This document shows, in pieces, positions 57,756 through 64,000 of a stretch of 64,000 bases of DNA. Location: contig CAUYUJ010000002.1 in the NCBI GenBank assembly GCA_963575745.1, positions 1,612,001 through 1,676,000 of the forward strand, in the 5' to 3' direction. The stretch comes from Prorocentrum cordatum. Lineage: Eukaryota. The notes under the pieces are model-generated. The model was not told the origin of the DNA, searched no databases, and worked only from the letters and a program-made list of their open reading frames with translations. Position 1 is the first letter of the stretch; each line of letters starts with the position of its first letter. Made by a program: the position numbers and the translations under genes.

Positions 57756-60725
57756 CCCGGAAAGGGCGTAGGCCCAGGGTTCTCTTTTAGCTGTTTACCC
57801 CCGGGTCTGACTTGAGGTGGTCCCTAGCGAAACGCTTGTTTTTCAGAATTTGTTGAGGATGTCTCGACCGAAACGGTAGTTTTGCAGAGGTGGGGATGTC
57901 TCGAGAGAAACGCTTGTTTTCAGAATTTGTTGAGGATGTCTCGAGCGAAACGCTGGTTTTGCAGAGCCGACCGCGACGCGGAAAAGCGCCCCGCGCGCAG
58001 GAATTCCGAGGATGTCTCGCGCGTGCTGCGTCCCGCGCGCAGGAATCTAGAGGATGTCTCGACTAATTCGTTTGTTTTCCTATGATTCCCTTGAATTCTG
58101 GCAGGATGTCTCGAACGAGATGTTTGTTCCCGGAAAGGGCTCGAGCCCAGGGTTTTCTTTTAGTGGGTTTACCCCCCGGTTTCGACGGCTGGAGGGCCGG
58201 CGAAATTATTCTGCGATAAATTACGTGCGGGAGTAGGGCCGGCGGAATTATTTTTGAGGATGTCTCGAGCGAAACGCTTGTTTTTCAGCATTTGTTGAGG
58301 ATGTCTCGAGCGAAACGCTGGTTTTGCAGAGTTGGGGATGTCTCGAGCGAAACGCTTGGTTTCAGAATTTGTTGAGGATGTCTCGAGCGAAACGCTGGTT
58401 TTGCAGAGCCGACCGCGACACGGAAAAGCGCTCCTCGCGCAGGAATTCCGAGGATGTCTCGCGCGTGCCGCGTCCCGCGCGCAGGAATTTTGATTTCTTC
58501 GGGTTTTGACAGGATTTCTCGAGCGAAACGCTTGTTTTTCATAATTTGTTGAGGATGTCTCGAGCGAAACGCTGGTTTTGCAAAATTGGGGGATGTCTCG
58601 AGCGGGGGCCTCGTGGGGGGCCAGAATTCAGAGGATGTCTCAGGCGAAATGCTTGTTTTCGTGTCCCGCTCGCAGGAATTCCGAGGATGTCTCGCGCGTG
58701 CCGCGTCCCGCGCGTAGGAAGTCGGATGATTTTGAGAGGATGTCTCGAGCGAAACGCTTGTCCCCAGCACGTTCAGTAGCGCGTCCCCTTGGCACGCCCC
58801 GCGGTGCGACCCCATGGCACGTCCCCTGGCACGTCGCCTGGCGCATCCCTTGGGACGTTTCGCGGCGCGTCCTCCTGGCATGTTCCCCTGTCCATTAGCT
58901 CTGGGGCAGCTACTATGTGTTCAGGCAGCTCGAGCTTAAGATCCAGATCAGTTCGGTCAGGACTCGGATGCAAAGGAGGACTCGATCCACGATGCTATAG
59001 AGCACAACCGCGGCATGGCACATCGCAATTCAGCACGGTGCAGCACAGCACAGCCCTCGGCAGGGTACATCAAGATCGGTACACTCAGCATTGCAACTTG
59101 GCACGTTCCTTGGCACGTTCCGTGGGGCGTCCCTTGGCGAGTCCCCCTGGCACGTCGCGTGGCGCGTCCCCTGGCACATTCCGTGGCACATCCATTGGCA
59201 CGTTCCGTAGCGCGTCCCTTTGGCACGTCCTACGGTGCGACCCCATGGCGCGTCCCCTGGCACGTCGCCTGGCGCATCCCTTGGGACGTTTCGCGGCGCG
59301 TCCTCCTGGCATGTTCCCCTGTCCATAAGCTCTGGGGCAGCTACTATGTGTTCAGGCAGCTCGAGCTTAAGATCCAGAACAGTTCGGTCAGGACTCGGAT
59401 GCAAAGGAAGACTCGATCCACGACGCTATAGAGCACAGTCGCGCCATGGCACATCGCAATTCATCACGGCGCAGCACAGCACAGCCCTCGGCAGGGTACA
59501 TCAAGATCGATACACTCAGCATTGCATTTGCCCGTCACCCAATCAGGTGTCTTTGAAAACGCTGCCATGTGTTACAGTTCTATATTCCTTTCCGGGTTCG
59601 TGGGTCGATCATGTTTTTTTCATAATTGGTTGAGGATGGTTCGAGCGAAACACTGGTTTTGCAAAATTGAGGATGTCTCGAGCGGGGGCCTCGTGGGGGC
59701 CAGAATTCAGAGGATGTCTCAAGCAAAATGCTTGTTTTCACGTCCCGCTCGCAGGAATTCCGAGGATGTCTCGCGCGTGCCGCGTCCCGCGCGCAGGAAT
59801 TTCGAGGATGTCTTGACTAATTCGTTTGTTTTGCCAGGATTTTCTTAGATTTTGACTCGAGCGAAACGCTTGTCCCCAGCACGTTCCGTAGCGCGTCCCC
59901 TTGGCACGTCCCGCGGTGCGTCCCCATGGCACGTCCCTTGGCACGTCGCTTGGCGCGTCCCTTGAGACGTTCCGCGTCGCGTCCTCCTGGCATGTCCCCC
60001 TGTCCATTAGCTCTGGGGCAGCTACTATGTGTTCAGGCAGCTCGAGCTTAAGATCGAGATCAGTTCGGTCAGGACTCGGATGCAAAGGAGGACTCGATCC
60101 ACGAGGCTATAGAGCACAATCGCGGCATGGCGCATCGCAATTCAGCACGGCGCAGCACAGCACATATTTCGGCACGGTACATCAAGATCGATACACTCAG
60201 CATTGCAACTTGGCACGTTCCTTGGCACGTTCCGTGGCGCGTCCCTTGGCGAGTCTCCCTGGCACGTCGCGTGGCGCGTCCCCTGGCACATCCCGTGGCA
60301 CATCCATTGGCACGTTCCGTAGCGCGTCCCCTTGGCACGTCCCGCGGTGCGACCCCATGGCATGTCCCCTGGCACGTCGCCTGGCGCATCCCTTGGGACG
60401 TTTCGCGGCGCGTCCTCCTGACATGCTCCCCTGTCCATCAGCTCTGGGGCAGCTACTATGTGTTCAGGCAGCTCGAGCTTAAGATCCAGATCAGTTCGGT
60501 CAGGACTCGGATGCAAAGGAAGACTCGATCCACGACGCTATAGAGCACATTCGCGGCATGGCACATCGCAGTTCAGCACGGTGCAGCACAGCACAGCCCT
60601 CGGCAGGGTATATGAAGATCGATACACTTAGCATTGCATTTGCCCGTCACCCAATCAGGTGTCTTTGAAAACGCCGCCACGTGTTACAGTTCTATATTCC
60701 TTTCCGGGTTCGTGGGTCGATCATG
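57756..60725 (+). mobile_element. Helitron2/Helentron-like element E9 (second type) with nested E10
   Basis: Begins one T after the E8 end. Its internal repeat unit is split at 58128/59614 by E10. Confidence 0.75.
58129..59613 (+). mobile_element. Helitron2/Helentron-like element E10 nested in E9
   Basis: CCCGGAAAGGG start and ...GTCGATCATG end inside a T-run of E9. Confidence 0.75.
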
Positions 60726-61824
60726 TTTGTGGTGGCCCCGAGGCCCGGTGAGGGCCCCCCGAGTGGCCGAAGGCCATGAGAAATTTACGTCCCGACTTGT
60801 TCGAGGCGCAGGATCCCTGCCCCTGCCGCACCTCTGCGCCACCCCGGCCCGAAGGCCCTGTGGAGGCCCCCTGAGGGCCCTTCGAATCAGGAAGACAGTT
60901 CTCGGTTTGTGAGGCTGGGGCTGGGAGGGGTGAGGATATCATTACCCGCAGGCCGTCGAAGGTATCGTGCATCGCATCTGAAAGCTACTGCTCATACCCT
61001 TCATCCTCCCAACCCCTTCCTCCCAACACGATAATGTTGTTCTCCTCACCGAAGGACCTTCGAAGGGGCCGATCGGCGGCCCGCGGGCGCGCGCGTGGGC
61101 CCGCGGGCGCGCGGCGGCGTGCCGCACCAGCCTCGTCGTCCTCGTCCTCGGCGTGGCGTGCTCGCCGCCGTCCTCGTCGTACGGTGGGGGCGTTTCGGAC
61201 GGGGAGACCCTGAGATCCTGGCGACTCCCTTTTTTTTCACCACGGGCGTGTTGGCCTGGTTTCGGGCCCCAGGATCCTCACAGACCGATCTGGCTCGAGA
61301 AATGGCGCAGAAAGATGGGGTCCGGGGCTCTGGTCGTGATTTCTCACGATGTTCCGATTTTTTCGAGACTTCGGATCTCAGGGCAGGACGAGGGTCAATC
61401 CGCTCCAGAGCATTCCAGAACGCTCTCAGAGCGTTCTGGAACGCCCTGAGAGAAGGCCGCGACGCCCGATACATCCTCCAGAGCTGCCGGATCTAGGAGA
61501 TTCTCGATTCATTGTCACCTGCGTTTGTCCTCGTCATGGCTTCGTCTTAGCGTTGGTTTCAGGAGTGTGCCCAGGAGGCAGGAGGGTTTCTTCTCTGACG
61601 AGGCGGCGGGGACATTCATGGCCACTCCGCGGTTGGAGTTCCACGGGCGGCCAGACCCTGGAGGCCGGTGCCGTCGACCCTGCAGGACGACGGCGACGAC
61701 AACGACAAATTGAGGGCCTTGCCACCGGCTCGGGTTGGAGTTCTACCGGTGTCCAGATCCTGGACTTTGTATCCAATGGTTCCTTATCCGACGCCCTCAC
61801 CCAAGCCGCCCCCTACTCCTGTCG

Positions 61825-62029
61825 TCCCTCATCCTCGTCGTCCTCGTCCTCGACGTGCTCGTCGTTCTCGTCGTCTTCGTCTTCCTCGTCGTCCTCGTAG
61901 TCCTCGCCGTCTTCTTCGTCCTCGTAGTCCTCGTCCTCGCCCTCCCCGGCATCCTCACCGTCGTCGTCCTCGTCGTCCTCGCCCTTGTCGTCCTCGCCAT
62001 CCTCGTCGTAGCCGTTCGCCGCCACGACG

Positions 62030-62064
<35 letters not shown>

Positions 62065-62201
62065 AGCCCTCCGCCCGCACCGCAGGCGCGCGCGCGCGGC
62101 AGACAACCCGCCGCACCGGGCGGCGAGCAGGCGGCCACGGCCAGGGCGGCCGCGAGGCGCGCGGGCCGCGCGGGCCGCGGGGGCCGCGGGGGACACGGGG
62201 C

Positions 62202-62238
<37 letters not shown>

Positions 62239-62264
62239 TGTCGACGTTCGGCAAACGACGACGA

Positions 62265-62322
<58 letters not shown>

Positions 62323-62345
62323 GACGACGACTACGAGACGACCAC
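61825..62345. repeat. (CGT/CCT)n, (GACCAC)n and (GAC)n low-complexity region
   Basis: Directly visible. Confidence 0.85.
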
Positions 62346-63055
62346 GGCCCTGAGATCAAGGCGTCGGGGAGAGGTCACGGCGGGCGATTCTGCGCCGTGC
62401 AGGGCCCCCCTGGGGGGACGCTCAGGGATCGGAGAGGGCCGCACGGAGACGGGGGCAAGAGCTTCAGCTGCGTTTCTGCACGACGCTGTGGTTTTTCCCC
62501 TGCGTCGGGCACTCGCTTTGAGTACAGCACTGCTCATTCATTCTCTGTCCGCCCCTCCTCATTCCTCATCCTCCTCTTACTCCTCGTTGCCTACTCGTTT
62601 CCTCTCTAGTTCCTCATCGCTTATCCGTAAGAGCTTCGCCCCTGCCGACGGCCCCCTCTCTATCATAATGGGATCTATCAGAGTCGCGGCGGTGCGTCTC
62701 GGCGCTGCCTTTGCGCATCTGGGAACATCGTGCGGGGGCGGATAGGAATCATCAGCGCATGCTGAGACGTTGGCGTTATCGAAGTCGCCTACGGCGAATC
62801 ACCGCCGCCCCTTGCCCTTTTGGAAGCGCCTGCGTTGCCGAAAGGTGCGTTTGAGCTTGGCCAAGCTATCGGGCCACGTGTTCTCCGAGTGGGTTTCGAA
62901 AGCATTCGGGGAACACGGAGTCGGGCGGGCTATCGGACAAGGTGGTTTCCGAGCTTTCGGGCCTCCTGGAGGACGTCTTGGAGGGGTCTTGGGCCGTCTT
63001 GGAGGCCTCTGGCGGGCTTTTTGGGTAGTCTACGGCCATCTTCACGCCATTTTTT

Positions 63056-64000
63056 CTCGGAGAGGGCTTAGGCCCAGGGTTCTCTTTTAGAAGTTTACCC
63101 CCGGACCTGACTTGAGGTGGGCCGGCGGAATTATTCCCCGATAAATATCGATGTCGAGGTGGGGCGGCGGAATTATTTTTGAGGATGCCCCTAATTAGCG
63201 AAACGCTTGTTTTTCAGAATGTGTTGAGGATGTCTCGAGCGAAACGCTTGTTTTGTATTATAGCTTGTCCTCTCCTGGGGACCTGAGTTCAGAGGATCTC
63301 TCAAGTGAAATGCTTGTTTTCACGTGCCCAGGTCTTGAGGATGTCTCGAGCGAGACGCTTGGTTTCACGCCTCCAGGTTGCCCAGACAGATGTCTAGCAT
63401 GAGGATTTGTTGAGGATGTCTCGAACCAGAGGCTTGTTTTCACGTGTCCAGGTCGCCCAGGCGGATGTCTAGCATGAGGATGTGTCGAGAAAGTCTCGAT
63501 CGAGACGCTCGTTTGCACGTGTCCAGGTCGCCCAGGCGGACGTCTAGCATGAGGATGTGCTGAGAACCGCTTGAGCGAAACGCGTGTTTTCACGTGTCCA
63601 GGTCGCCCAGGCACAGCACAGCCCTCGGCACGGTACATCAATATCGATACTTCTAGCACTGCAGCCTGGCATGTTGCCTGGCACGTTCCGCGGAGCGTCC
63701 CGTGGCGAGTCCCCCTGGCACGTCGCGCGGTGCACGTCCATTGGCACGTTCCGTAGCGCGTCCCCTCGGCACGTCCCGCGGTGCGTCCTCGTGGCACGTC
63801 CCCTAGCACGTCGCCTGGCGCGTCCCTTGGGACGTTCCGCGGCGCGTCCTCCTGGCATGTCCCCCTGTCCATTGGACCTGGGCCAGCTACTATGTGCTGA
63901 GGCAGCTCGAGCTGAAGATCCAGATCAGTTCGGTCAGGACTCGGATGCAAAGGAGGACTCGATCCACAACGCTATAGAGCACAATCGCGGCATGGCACAT
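63056..64000 (+). mobile_element. Helitron2/Helentron-like element E11 (second type; runs off the window)
   Basis: CTCGGAGAGGGC-TTAG-GCCC start, interior collinear with E7. Confidence 0.78.

Noticed and set aside
57820..58760. 25-bp repeat with spacers as CRISPR-like
   Set aside because: Spacer lengths are irregular and the same spacers recur within and between element copies.

Overview
GC-rich eukaryotic DNA. It looks like a core dinoflagellate because it carries relict spliced-leader sequences, GC-AG introns with direct repeats at the junctions, and degenerate ACEKGGQWQ-type PPR repeats. There are no prokaryotic operons, rRNA, tRNA or CRISPR. Most of the window is nested transposable elements lying in the introns of a probable plus-strand, multi-exon membrane-protein gene (best-supported exons 37.5-45.1 kb). 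The retroelements are two related APE-RT-RNase H LINEs (0.6-4.9 kb minus, degenerate; 27.0-34.2 kb plus, nearly intact but interrupted), a degenerate LINE at 46-50 kb with spliced-leader relics at its 5' end, a Ty1/copia pol relic, and two divergent CRE-like (restriction-like endonuclease) fragments. Eleven copies of a non-autonomous Helitron2/Helentron-like family have asymmetric TIRs, insert into T-runs, carry minisatellites and have a 5' hairpin with a hypervariable loop. There are also several MITE families. One MITE copy with an 8-bp TSD makes a precisely splice-able intron (introner geometry). The near-intact LINE keeps its ORF2 frame open across all of ORF1 and has a ubiquitin-like LRGG motif just before the endonuclease. 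All calls are by eye from the sequence; no searches were run.
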